Positions 10,001 to 18,526 of a stretch of 57,103 nucleotides of DNA are shown here, in pieces. Position numbers and translations under genes: made by a program. This stretch comes from a virus. Within the stretch, counting starts at the first letter, position 1. Every line of letters begins with the position of its first letter. Below the pieces are notes generated by a model. It had not been told where the DNA came from. It did no database searches and saw only the letters and a program-made list of their open reading frames with translations. The stretch covers positions 1 through 57,103 of the IMG/VR virus record IMGVR_UViG_3300028666_000023; one strand, written 5' to 3'.

Positions 10001-13000
10001 GCGCGTAGGTACTTCACCTTCTTCAGCGCGCGATCGAGACCCTGGTGTTGGCCCTTGCCGACCTTCATCGTCTTGAGAGCCTCCTCCGCCTTGGGGAGCT
10101 CCTTCTTGACGTTGATTCGCTTGAGCAGCTGGTCGATCGCTTCACCGCCCGTGACTCCTGCCGTCACGTCAGTGAGGTGGCCGTTCGCCGTGACGCCGCG
10201 GTTGCCGTGGATGACGTCGAAGTACTCCGTCTCGTTGAGACCGGTGAGCACCTGGATCGGCTTCTCGAAGATCGGGTTCGGCAGCGGCTCGGAGAGCGCG
10301 ATGCGCGTCCAGTTCCTGCCGCCATGACCGCCCGTGAGATGCTCATCGAAGAGACCGCCGCCGATGGGCATGGGGTCGCCGTTGCGATCGAGCTTCGAAT
10401 GGAGGATGCCGGCCGGGTTCGGCAACACGTTCTTCGCAAGCTGCTTCACCTGCGTGTCGGTGAACGGCGTGAGCACGAAGTCGTGCCCGCGCTTCTGAAG
10501 ATTCACGCCCGCGCCCCTGAGCAGCTGCGTGAACTTCTCGAAGACGAACGTCGGCTTCGGCGTCGGGTACTGGCGGTTCGTTTGGATCTGCGCCCAGATC
10601 TCTTTGTGGTCGCTCGGCCACGCCTTCGCCGGGTTCGTCTGCTTGTCCGGGCCCTGCGACTTGTACGACTGCATCTCGCGGATGTTCGCCTTGGCGCCGT
10701 GCGCGAGAAGAGCGTAGAGGCCGAGCGTGCCCATCGACTGGCCGCCTTGGCCGCCGCCGGACGTCGGCTGCAGGTTGCGGTCGTAGCCCTCTTGCGGGCC
10801 CGACGGCAAGCTCATGCCCGAGCGCACGGAGAGCTTCTTCTCCACCTGGTGCTCGAGCTTCAAGATGTGCTGGTAGCCGACGAGTGCCTTGCCGAGCGGC
10901 TGCTTCGTGACCGGGTCGTGGAGCTCCTCGGTGTCCGAGATGCCGTGGTCCTTGAGGTCCTTCTTCACCTGCGCGAGGTAGTCGACGTTCGGCTCGAAGT
11001 TCTTGACGATGTACGGCTTGCCCGTCTTCTTCGCGATCTTCGCGGCCGCGGTCTCGAGCACCTGCCCAACGTTCATGCGCCCCGGCACGCCGGACGGATT
11101 CAGCGCCACCTCGATGTGATTCCCATCGGATGTGTGCGGCATCTCCGCGTCGGGGAGGATGCGCGAGACGATGCCCTTGTTGCCGTAGCGGCCGGTGAGC
11201 TTGTCGCCGACCTGCATCGGTTCGACGGTGCGCACGTGCACCTGGATGCCGCCCTTCGAGCGGTGCACACCGACGACCTCGCCGTCGAACTCGCTGTCCC
11301 AGCGGAGGCTCTTGTCGGTGTGCGCGCCCGACATGCTCTTCCGAATCGCGGAGAGGCCTTGCTTGTCCTTGAGCTCGAACGGCTTCATGGCCGCGACGAT
11401 GACTTCTCCGGGGTGCACGGTCTGGCCGACGCGGATCACTCCATGGTCATCGAGCTTGCCCGCCTGGTCTTTGTTCAGCGCGCTCGGGTGCTGCTGCTGA
11501 AACTTCTTCTTGTTGAGCACGATGGACTCGTCGAGGGGCATCGACGGTTTGTTCATGTGCACGCTCGAGAGCTTGTCGGCGGCGGTCTCGCTGATGACGA
11601 CGCCGTCCTCGAAGTTGAGGCCCTTGAACGGGATGAAGGCGACGCGGAGATTCGTTCCGAGCGCGAGCGTGCCGTTCTTCGAGAAGTTCGTGTCAGCGAC
11701 GGTCTGCCCCTTCTTCACCGACTGCCCGACGGTCACGAGCGGCGTCGAGTGGTAGACGCCCTTCGCATCGTTGAGCGGGTAGTTGTTGTAGATCTGCACC
11801 TCGTGCGACTTGCCGTCGGGCGCGCGCACCACGATCGCATCGTTGCTGACGGCAGTGACCGTCCCTGCGACGGGCGCCTGATGCGACGCCTGCGCGCCCA
11901 TCAGCTTCTCGAACGTCTCGGCGCCGGGCGTCTCGACGCCGGTGCTGACCTGCACGAGCGGATTCTCGCGCTTCGCGAGGGAGATGGCCTGCTCGATCTG
12001 CCGCCCTGCCATAGAGGCGCGGCCGCCGCTCACGTTCCCGAGGAACGGAACGAGGTTCGACGTCATGTTGAAGAGCTGGCTCGGGTGGCGGAGCACGTAG
12101 TCCGCATCGGCGAACTTGCCGTGGCGGATCTCGTTGTCCTCCGTGCTCATCTTCACTTCGGCATCGACCGGCTTGGGAACGCCGCCCTCCCAGCGCACCT
12201 GGTCGGGAAGAACAACCTTCGAGGTCATGAAGGTGCCGGGACCAACGAACTCCGTATGGTGGGAGCGGAGGTTGTAGAGGGGGATCTTCGCTTCCTTGCC
12301 AACCTTCTTCACACCGATGGGCAGGCGGAGAGACACGCCGGTCTTCTCACCCTCAGGGGTGTGGATGGGGTCGAGGAAGCCGAGGTGGCTGGGGTTTACG
12401 AACTTGGCCTCGTTCGTAACCTGGCGATCGCTGCGAACGCCGCCCGGGCCCATGATGGTCGTCTGCATCGCCGAGCTCACCATCTCGACGGGGTTCGTCT
12501 GCGAGGGAGCGAGGGCCGCGGCGTTGTCGTGGAATGTGCTCTTGATGGGCCCGTTGAACATGTCGAAGCGCACGATGTCGCGGATGCGCGACTTCGAATC
12601 GACCTGCCGGGAGATCTTGGCGCGGATGTCCTTGCGCGCGCGGTTCAGCTTGTCGAGCGCGAAGTCACCCGTCGCGCGCAGGTCCTTGAAGACGAGGTTG
12701 TCGCGATCGTCCTCGGGATGACCACCCTGCACCTTCAAGATCTTCTGGGTCGCGAGCGTGAGCGCGTCGCCGTTGACGTGGTCGTGTGGGCGGCCGAGCG
12801 TGATCGCCGTCGCCTCCGGCCGCATCTTCGACTCCTGCATCGTCGTGTAGAAATGCTCGGCGGCTTGGTCCTTGGACGCGGGCGCGTTGTCGGTGGTCGT
12901 GCGGTAGAAGCGATCGAGCGCGCTGTTCACGTCCTTCGCGTTCTTGTTCGCGTCGAAGATCTGTGCCCCCCACGCGGCCTTCAGCGTGTCATCGCTGACG

Positions 13001-13536
13001 CCGAGCGTCTGCAGGAGCGGGTAGATCGGCGGCTTGGCCTTGTTGTACTCGAGGCGGAAGACCTTCGACGCGGGATCGAACGTGACGTGGAAGGCGCGCT
13101 TGCCCGTCACGTTGAAGTACGTCTCGAGCCCGCCGCTCGCGGAGCGACGTGTGTACGCGCCAGGCTTCAGCTGCCACTGACTCGCGACCTGGTACTCCTT
13201 CGAGCCGTCGCGTCCCGCCACGATGTAGCTGTGGCGTGAGGTCGTCTTCGGAATCTCCGCGATGCGAAGGCGCTGATGGTCGAGCGTCTTGCCTGACTCG
13301 TTGTCGAGGAGCGTGAGGTTGGCGTAGACGGGGACTGCCCACGATTCGCCCTCGACCTTCGCCTTGTGCTGGGCGCGCAGGTCGTCGGGGTGGAGATCGT
13401 CGACCGTCTCGAGACCATCGAGCCGGAGCGTTTGGGCGCGCCCCTTGAACTCCTTGTTGGGGAAGTAGCCTTCAATGCCTTCGAGAACGCGGCTTTGAAG
13501 GTGGTCGAACGCCTCTTGGGGGTTGAGAAAGGACAA
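7048..13536 (-). CDS. rpoBC: Single-chain DNA-directed RNA polymerase, fused beta + beta-prime
   Basis: Beta motifs: GPGG, PIHTPEG, NFEDG, GDKLTGRYGNKG, NPSGVPGRMNVGQ, GGQSMG. Beta-prime motifs: LPVIPPVMRP, RDPALH, catalytic YNADFDGDTM, bridge helix HGARRG...PGYL, Zn site RSPLKC...CQKC, trigger loop AQTIGERAMQLTLKSFHTGG. TTG start. Confidence 0.97.
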   Translation of the reverse strand: MSFLNPQEAFDHLQSRVLEGIEGYFPNKEFKGRAQTLRLDGLETVDDLHPDDLRAQHKAKVEGESWAVPVYANLTLLDNESGKTLDHQRLRIAEIPKTTSRHSYIVAGRDGSKEYQVASQWQLKPGAYTRRSASGGLETYFNVTGKRAFHVTFDPASKVFRLEYNKAKPPIYPLLQTLGVSDDTLKAAWGAQIFDANKNAKDVNSALDRFYRTTTDNAPASKDQAAEHFYTTMQESKMRPEATAITLGRPHDHVNGDALTLATQKILKVQGGHPEDDRDNLVFKDLRATGDFALDKLNRARKDIRAKISRQVDSKSRIRDIVRFDMFNGPIKSTFHDNAAALAPSQTNPVEMVSSAMQTTIMGPGGVRSDRQVTNEAKFVNPSHLGFLDPIHTPEGEKTGVSLRLPIGVKKVGKEAKIPLYNLRSHHTEFVGPGTFMTSKVVLPDQVRWEGGVPKPVDAEVKMSTEDNEIRHGKFADADYVLRHPSQLFNMTSNLVPFLGNVSGGRASMAGRQIEQAISLAKRENPLVQVSTGVETPGAETFEKLMGAQASHQAPVAGTVTAVSNDAIVVRAPDGKSHEVQIYNNYPLNDAKGVYHSTPLVTVGQSVKKGQTVADTNFSKNGTLALGTNLRVAFIPFKGLNFEDGVVISETAADKLSSVHMNKPSMPLDESIVLNKKKFQQQHPSALNKDQAGKLDDHGVIRVGQTVHPGEVIVAAMKPFELKDKQGLSAIRKSMSGAHTDKSLRWDSEFDGEVVGVHRSKGGIQVHVRTVEPMQVGDKLTGRYGNKGIVSRILPDAEMPHTSDGNHIEVALNPSGVPGRMNVGQVLETAAAKIAKKTGKPYIVKNFEPNVDYLAQVKKDLKDHGISDTEELHDPVTKQPLGKALVGYQHILKLEHQVEKKLSVRSGMSLPSGPQEGYDRNLQPTSGGGQGGQSMGTLGLYALLAHGAKANIREMQSYKSQGPDKQTNPAKAWPSDHKEIWAQIQTNRQYPTPKPTFVFEKFTQLLRGAGVNLQKRGHDFVLTPFTDTQVKQLAKNVLPNPAGILHSKLDRNGDPMPIGGGLFDEHLTGGHGGRNWTRIALSEPLPNPIFEKPIQVLTGLNETEYFDVIHGNRGVTANGHLTDVTAGVTGGEAIDQLLKRINVKKELPKAEEALKTMKVGKGQHQGLDRALKKVKYLRALKDLDYEPSQAYVLHNLPVIPPVMRPVSTLPDGSLKFADLNQLYSDFAKINDKLKDPILKKNLTDAGKSDLRRDYYDGVRRLMGVGFPYDDVKHKGILHQISGGKPKDGFFQNVMVERRQDLTMRSTIVPEPALGLDEVGIPRNAALDLFRPFVVHELKQMGAIKTPGFGEYGPLLEKKPPVVWKALERVMAERPVLMKRDPALHKYSVQAFKARPVVGNAVQIHPLVTSGYNADFDGDTMSIYVPITREAIDEAKKMYPSNNLFSEATGKVMYQPTLESALGLYKLSRVGKDSGKKFFHPGEVIDAMKKGDVKMHDIVRLGSAKTTPGRVLIASAVPQPMQKHVLENLDYRLNRGGLDEMLTTIAKDHSPDFGAAVNRLKDLGNGTAFGAVALPRPTSAGHALSFRKLDQTPVATHDLSKQVFIPVGTHTLALDDFTPDKHVRDAVLGKYEPQVKKLYENTKLPRSEQDRQAIDLYTKASEEMKKLHMSEADKLDAEDKASNLFTMLKAQVKPGWDQYKQMVLAPMLLKDSADRTIPTPVTKSYAEGLDIGGYWTQMHGARRGSVMKVQEVRDPGYLSKQMVASMMHMLVNSHDCGTTKGVSLGIDEPDLIGRYMQQDFTHGKMHIPKDTMLTPDIIGKMRAAKETQVVVRSPLKCEEEKGLCQKCMGLGATGQHFPLGTNIGLQSAQTIGERAMQLTLKSFHTGGVQELGGSKLLSSFNRLQQLYTLPEKVPNAASLAMKSGKIEKIEPTATGVDIIIGGERHHVGKDTSGQPLHEDLTRARLSPDYVRWEPPQVGLHVQAGQHLSDPNRTILNLHDLYKATGSIEKVQNQMTNEISNLYKGEGVKRRIIETTVKAMSNLSEVTDPGDHPTVLRGEYRPTSVIFRMNEELKAAKQKPIDHKPVLKGVGVLPLEIQDDWMAKLQHNHLRDTLLEAASENGVSHLHGTHPIPGMAFGAEFGLTSKDSTTPGREYLKNVPAHHY

Positions 13537-13601
13537 GGCTCACCCGACGCTCAGCGTACTCCACGCCCCGATGGCGCAGCAAGTCAGAACGAGCCGCAGG
13601 A

Positions 13602-13617
13602 ATAAGAAGTGTGGAGG
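13602..13617 (+). promoter_or_regulatory. ATAAG-type phage promoter candidate
   Basis: ATAAGAAGTGTGGAGG in the divergent gap upstream of the RNAP gene. Confidence 0.6.
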
Positions 13618-13643
13618 ACCTAAGCGACCTCTGAGGAGGAACG

Positions 13644-13799
13644 ATGGGACCCGATAATCGAAAGAACACCGGCGCCGAGTTCGAGAAGAAGATCGACAGC
13701 TTGTTTTTTGGGGAAGACGGCGCGGGAAAAGAACCAGCAGATGACGACTACATCGAGTTCATGGAAGTCGAAGCAGAAGAAAACAACAACGAGGAATAG
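13644..13799 (+). CDS. Small acidic hypothetical protein (51 aa)
   Basis: Hand translation MGPDNRKNTGAEFEKKIDSLFFGEDG...EVEAEENNNEE; GAGGAGG RBS. Confidence 0.6.
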   Translation: MGPDNRKNTGAEFEKKIDSLFFGEDGAGKEPADDDYIEFMEVEAEENNNEE

Positions 13800-13814
13800 A
13801 ACTCGTTCCACGCA

Positions 13815-13830
13815 ATAAGAAGAATGGAGG
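13815..13830 (+). promoter_or_regulatory. ATAAG-type phage promoter candidate
   Basis: ATAAGAAGAATGGAGG. Confidence 0.6.
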
Positions 13831-13835
13831 AGACG

Positions 13836-13943
13836 ATGATGACGTTCTGGCTGTTCTTCTTGGCGGGCGTGTTCAACGGGATGTTGATCTGGATCCGAGA
13901 GCGATTGAAGGAGGAGGCCTATGCTTTTGAACCCGTACCGTGA
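13836..13943 (+). CDS. Small single-TM membrane protein (35 aa)
   Basis: MMTFWLFFLAGVFNGMLIWIRERLKEEAYAFEPVP; GGAGG RBS. Confidence 0.5.
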   Translation: MMTFWLFFLAGVFNGMLIWIRERLKEEAYAFEPVP

Positions 13944-14508
13944 CCGCCCGACGGTCATCCCGGGAACGCGCCTCCTCGAATCTACGTTTGGAGTAATCGG
14001 CGGTCGAGTCGCCGACCCACACAACCCGATGCGCGTCTGGGAGGTCCACGGAGTGTTCGCTCCGCTTCCCGGGCGCGCCATCGGTGGTGTGCGCATCAAA
14101 CTCGTAGACCAAAAAGAGTTCGTGACGTTCTGCAACCAGCGCGACTTCGAAGTCTTGCTGGGCATGGGAGCTCCGGGCCAGTACTGCCCGTGGCTCGAGG
14201 GAAGATACGTCGGCTGGGACGATCCCACTTGGTGCGGCTTCTGCTGCGACGAGGAAGATCTCCGAGACGACCTCTTCGAACGCGAGATGCTCTTGCGCGC
14301 ATACATGCCGCCGCCGGGCGTCTTGATTCCTGGCTACGACATCGAGCGCAAGGTGCACATCGACAAGAACCGAGACGTCGCAGACCTCTTCGTTCTTCTC
14401 GCCGACATGGACCAAGAAACCGGCATGTGCCCAGACACGCGCTTCGAAACGGTCGAGCGCCGTTGGATGCGTGCAGAAAGGGCGCCCGTACGATGGGAGA
14501 AGAGCTAA
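13921..14508 (+). CDS. Hypothetical protein
   Basis: 195-aa ORF with GGAGGAGG RBS. Confidence 0.75.
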   Translation: MLLNPYRDRPTVIPGTRLLESTFGVIGGRVADPHNPMRVWEVHGVFAPLPGRAIGGVRIKLVDQKEFVTFCNQRDFEVLLGMGAPGQYCPWLEGRYVGWDDPTWCGFCCDEEDLRDDLFEREMLLRAYMPPPGVLIPGYDIERKVHIDKNRDVADLFVLLADMDQETGMCPDTRFETVERRWMRAERAPVRWEKS

Positions 14509-15116
14509 GAAGCGTCCCCTTCGATTGGGACAACGATCACGAAGAGGCGCCGGGAAGTTCCGGCGTCATCTGCGCGCAGTGCGAAGACTCGATCGAAATG
14601 ACCGAGGAGTGTTTCCTCATCCAGGTCGTGCAGCCGCAGAAGATCGGCGGTCAACTGTTCTTCTACCCTGTGAAGGACGAGTTCAGCATGGAGGGGGACT
14701 TCCTCTTCGAGCCGTACCACTTCTGTTTCTCGTGCTGGGAAGATCTGCTCGAAGATCTCCAGAAGGAGATGCGCGACGTTCCCCCCGTAGAGGACGCACT
14801 CTCCATTCTCGAATGCTCGTGCTGCGGAAGCGGCGTTCGGGAGTGGGAGTACTGCGCGACGTATTCACTCGGCGAGTTCCGACGCTCGAGTCGAGCGCCC
14901 GCGCCTGAGTGTTCCTACGGGCCCGTCTTCCAGCAAGACAGTGGGCCCGAAGTGCTCTGCACGTATTGTGCAGCGCTCCTCAATGAAGTCGCCATCACGA
15001 TGTGGGAAGACTTTTCTCACGAAGGCGAGTGCATCGATTGCATCCAGCTGCGATGTTGGCGCTACGGCGACGTGTGCGTGTGTTCGTGTCACGAAGAAGG
15101 AGAGAGCGATGAGTGA
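14493..15116 (+). CDS. Cys-rich, acidic putative Zn-binding protein
   Basis: C-terminal part of ORF 14190..15116 from MGEELRS; CAQC, CFSC, CSCC, CTYC, CIDC, CVCSCH. Confidence 0.75.
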   Translation: MGEELRSVPFDWDNDHEEAPGSSGVICAQCEDSIEMTEECFLIQVVQPQKIGGQLFFYPVKDEFSMEGDFLFEPYHFCFSCWEDLLEDLQKEMRDVPPVEDALSILECSCCGSGVREWEYCATYSLGEFRRSSRAPAPECSYGPVFQQDSGPEVLCTYCAALLNEVAITMWEDFSHEGECIDCIQLRCWRYGDVCVCSCHEEGESDE

Positions 15117-16374
15117 GAAATTGGAAGGAATCATGTCGGTCGCGATGCTCACCCCCATGGGAGATCCGAACGACAACGACTGCAGGTGGGGCGCCCCGAT
15201 TCTTCTCGAGGGCCCTCCCGGCATCGGCAAGAGCGGCATGATCGGCCAGGCCGCGCGCTCTGTCGACCTCCCGCTCCGGACTGTGTACCTCGGGCAGCGG
15301 CAACCTGAGGACCTCTCCGGTGCACCGATGCCCGACGGCAAAGGCGGCGTGAACATCGAGTGCATCCTGCCCGCCGTCCGCGAGCTCACCGCTCTCGGCA
15401 AGGGACTTCTCCTTCTCGACGAGCTCTCCTGCGCGCGCCCCGCAACACAAGGCGCTGGGCTCAGCACCGTGCAGGAGCGTGCCGTCGGCGACACGATGCT
15501 TCCGGGCAGGGTCCGCGTCTTCGCAGCGGCGAACCCTCCGGAGCAGAGCGCGGGCGGTTGGAAGCTCGCGCCTCCTATGGAGAACCGCCTCGTACACTTC
15601 AAGGTCGAGGCGCCGACGCCGGAAGAGTGGGGCGCGTACATGCTCCGCGGCCGCACCATCCAGGTGAAGAACCTCACGCTCGGCGAGGCACGCGTTGCCG
15701 AGAAGTGGGCCGAGTCGTGGGCGTACATCGTCGGCCTCACGACGACGTTCATCGCGCGCTTCAAACCGGAGGACCAGCCGGACATCAAGGACTCGTCTGG
15801 CAAGTCGCTTCGCGACACGCGCAGCGCGCTCATGCGCTTCCCGACATCGAACGATCGCAATCGCGAACACGCGTGGGCATCGCCCCGCTCATGGGAGATG
15901 GCGATGCGTTGTGCGGCGACGTGTTGGACGCTGTCTGACTCGAACGTCAGCTTCAAGATCTTGGCTGCCGACTTCGTCAAAGCGTGCGTCGGTGGTGCGC
16001 TCGCGACGGCATGGGCGGAGTGGATCGCGAAGGCGGATCTTCCCGACCCCGCACACATGCTCCACAACGGCTGGAAGCCGAACAAGTCCCGCCTCGACAT
16101 CGTCCACGCCGCTCTCGCGGCGGCGACGGCGTACGCTCTCGCGCTCCACGACAAGGACGAGCGCCGCAAGCACGTCATCCTCGCGTACAAGCTCCTCAAC
16201 CAGGCCGACAAAGAAGGCCTCGCTGACATGACGCTCGCGCCGGCGAAGGCGCTCATGGAGGCGGGCTACCGCGCGTCGACTGCTGGCACCGATAAGGAGC
16301 TCGCAGAAGCAGCGATGCCCCTCACCAAGAAGTTCGGAACCACTGGCATGGCGGCGTTCGCGCCGAAGAACTGA
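15109..16374 (+). CDS. MoxR-like AAA+ ATPase
   Basis: Walker A GPPGIGKS, Walker B LLLLDE, sensor AANPP, arginine finger ENRL; start MSEKLEG with AAGGAG RBS. Confidence 0.9.
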   Translation: MSEKLEGIMSVAMLTPMGDPNDNDCRWGAPILLEGPPGIGKSGMIGQAARSVDLPLRTVYLGQRQPEDLSGAPMPDGKGGVNIECILPAVRELTALGKGLLLLDELSCARPATQGAGLSTVQERAVGDTMLPGRVRVFAAANPPEQSAGGWKLAPPMENRLVHFKVEAPTPEEWGAYMLRGRTIQVKNLTLGEARVAEKWAESWAYIVGLTTTFIARFKPEDQPDIKDSSGKSLRDTRSALMRFPTSNDRNREHAWASPRSWEMAMRCAATCWTLSDSNVSFKILAADFVKACVGGALATAWAEWIAKADLPDPAHMLHNGWKPNKSRLDIVHAALAAATAYALALHDKDERRKHVILAYKLLNQADKEGLADMTLAPAKALMEAGYRASTAGTDKELAEAAMPLTKKFGTTGMAAFAPKN

Positions 16375-17738
16375 TGGTACAAGCCAATCACGAAGACAAG
16401 ATGGGGATGGCGAGGCTCTACACCACCTCGAAGGCCCCGTACTCCTCGACCATCGTCCATGGGTTCATCTACGTGGCGATGCCGGGAATCGGAACGATGC
16501 TCTGCACTGATGGGATGGTCCTCGGTTACGACCCCTCGTGGGCAGAGACGGCGAGCGTTGAGGAGCTCGGGGCCGACCTTTACCATGAGGTGAACCACTT
16601 CATGCGACGTCACTTCTGGCGTCGGCATGTCGCGCGTCCTGACCTCTTCAACAGAGCGGGAGATCTTGCGATCAACCCCGACCTGCGGAACGCGGGCTGG
16701 AAGCTGTCCACGGACCCGAAGATGGGAGCGATCTTCCCGAAGGATTACGGCTTCCCCGAAGGCCTCACCACCGAGGAGTACTACGACCTGCTGTTGAAAC
16801 AAGAACAACAGCAACAGCAGGAGAAGAAGGGTGGCGGTGGCGCAGGTGCTGGAAGTGCAGAAGCCGAAGGCGGCGCCGGTCCTCCGAAGGCGGGCGTCTG
16901 CTCCGGCAAGTGCGGTTCCATCGCCGGCGGCGAACGTCTCGAATGGGAGAACAAGCTCGCCACACAGACGGACGTGGCACCGCGAACAGATCTCGAGGTC
17001 CGTGCGATCGAGATGCGCGCCACACAAGAACTGCGGAACTGGCAGGAGAAACAAGCAAAGGCAGCTGGGCGCGGAAATGTGCCCAGCTACCTCAGCGAGT
17101 TCTTGAAGGCGCTCGAGGAAGATCCCGTCGTCTCCTGGCAGGACGAGCTCGCAACCATCACATACGACTGCGTCGGCATGATGCAGTCGGGCGGTGATGA
17201 CTACTCCCTTCGCCGACCGTCGAAGCGGTCCCACGCGCGCGGGTTCCCGCGTCCGGGACTCGTCGAGTACAAGCCGGAGATCGCCATCACGCTCGACACG
17301 TCGGGCTCGATGGGACTCGAGCAGCTCAAGGCCGTCGTGCGCGAGGTCGTGGGAATCATGGATGCCCTCAGCATCGATGAGATCTGGTGGTGTGAAGCCG
17401 ACGCGGGCGTTGCGCAGGACTGGCAACGCGTCCATCTCGACTTCTTCCACGAGCTCGCCATCCACGGTCGTGGTGGGACGGACTTCCGCCCCGCCATCCG
17501 TACGGCACTCGAGCTCTACCCCCGACCCGACCTCCTCTTCTACGGGACGGACGGCGATGGCACCGCGCCGGCGGCGCCGCCCGAAGGCATGGAGGTCATC
17601 TGGCTTGTTGTCCCCGGTCACTGGAATCGCGCGCCCGCTCCATGGGGCCGCACGATCTTCGCGACGGACGACAAGCGCCAGAAGCGTCGCTTCGAAGAAC
17701 AACACGCGGGTTCTTCTTGGGGCGACGAGGACGAGTAA
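16374..17738 (+). CDS. DUF2201-like HExxH metallopeptidase + VWA domain protein
   Basis: HEVNH, DLAIN, EEYY, MIDAS DTSGS, GRGGTDF, TDG; coupled to the AAA gene. Confidence 0.9.
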   Translation: MVQANHEDKMGMARLYTTSKAPYSSTIVHGFIYVAMPGIGTMLCTDGMVLGYDPSWAETASVEELGADLYHEVNHFMRRHFWRRHVARPDLFNRAGDLAINPDLRNAGWKLSTDPKMGAIFPKDYGFPEGLTTEEYYDLLLKQEQQQQQEKKGGGGAGAGSAEAEGGAGPPKAGVCSGKCGSIAGGERLEWENKLATQTDVAPRTDLEVRAIEMRATQELRNWQEKQAKAAGRGNVPSYLSEFLKALEEDPVVSWQDELATITYDCVGMMQSGGDDYSLRRPSKRSHARGFPRPGLVEYKPEIAITLDTSGSMGLEQLKAVVREVVGIMDALSIDEIWWCEADAGVAQDWQRVHLDFFHELAIHGRGGTDFRPAIRTALELYPRPDLLFYGTDGDGTAPAAPPEGMEVIWLVVPGHWNRAPAPWGRTIFATDDKRQKRRFEEQHAGSSWGDEDE

Positions 17739-17745
17739 TCGTCCG

Positions 17746-17774
17746 GAGAAGGCCCGCGCCTTCTCTTAGCTACT
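17746..17774 (+). terminator. Hairpin plus TTAGCTACT tail at a convergent junction
   Basis: Perfect 8-bp stem GAGAAGGC-ccgc-GCCTTCTC, then TTAGCTACT. Confidence 0.6.
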
Positions 17775-18517
17775 CAGGTGCCGACCTTCTCGCTCGTTCC
17801 GTCCCACACGAACTCGCCGCGCGCGCCAACCGGGAAGTGCGCTCCGCACTTCGAACAGAACGTGCCGCTGTAGAACCCTGGCTCGCGCGCATACGTCTCC
17901 GCAAGCTTCCGTCCCATCGTCGTGAGCCCCGCACACGGGTTGAGGAAGCGCGCGTACTCCGCCCTCGTCCAGTATCGCCCGACAGCACTCGAGCCGTCCT
18001 TCGGGTACTCGTCGTACTTCACGTAGTCCTCACCCTGGGTGCGCTCCTGCTCCTCGGGCGTGAGATCTCGCAGCGTGCCGCGCGGCTTCGGGCCAACGTG
18101 AACGTACGAGTCGCGCACGGGACGCACGAAGCCTTTCGCGCGCTCGCGCTCGGAGAGAACGATGTAGTCCTTCTGCTGACCGTTCTCTTTGAGCTCGGTG
18201 TGCTCACCGAGCGGCGTCCCATGAATCGTTTCGACCTTCGGACCGTGGACGATGCGCTCTTCGGTCTTCGTGAGATCTGGGTCCATGCGATCATCCTGCC
18301 GGGGCTTGCCCGGCGAAGGTGTCAACGACACGACGCAGAAGACCTCGCGGTACCCCCAGCGCGCGTCGGCCGGCTGCGTCTCGCGCACCGTGAACGTGCG
18401 GTCGCCCCAGATGATGACCTGCGGCATTCCCTTGTCGGGGAACGGCGGAATGTCGACGGTGGCGACGAACGCGGGGGCTTCGTGGCCGATCGCGGTCCAC
18501 AACTCTACTTCTCGCAT
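17774..18517 (-). CDS. Hypothetical phage protein with C-terminal Zn-binding motif
   Basis: 247 aa; CAGLTTM...AETYAREPGFYSGTFCSKCGAHFPV; AGAGG RBS. Confidence 0.75.
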   Translation of the reverse strand: MREVELWTAIGHEAPAFVATVDIPPFPDKGMPQVIIWGDRTFTVRETQPADARWGYREVFCVVSLTPSPGKPRQDDRMDPDLTKTEERIVHGPKVETIHGTPLGEHTELKENGQQKDYIVLSERERAKGFVRPVRDSYVHVGPKPRGTLRDLTPEEQERTQGEDYVKYDEYPKDGSSAVGRYWTRAEYARFLNPCAGLTTMGRKLAETYAREPGFYSGTFCSKCGAHFPVGARGEFVWDGTSEKVGT

Positions 18518-18526
18518 CGGTTCCTC

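Noticed and set aside
6304-13239. Long plus-strand ORFs (6304..8559, 8893..10008, 10045..13239)
   Set aside because: Antisense shadows of the RNAP and spike genes caused by high GC3 and few stop codons; Arg/Val/Leu-rich with no motifs.
7048-13536. Host chromosomal rpoB-rpoC locus or chimeric assembly
   Set aside because: No rplL, rpsL or nusG context, conserved cellular residues are heavily substituted, and the gene abuts a phage spike gene with matching codon style.
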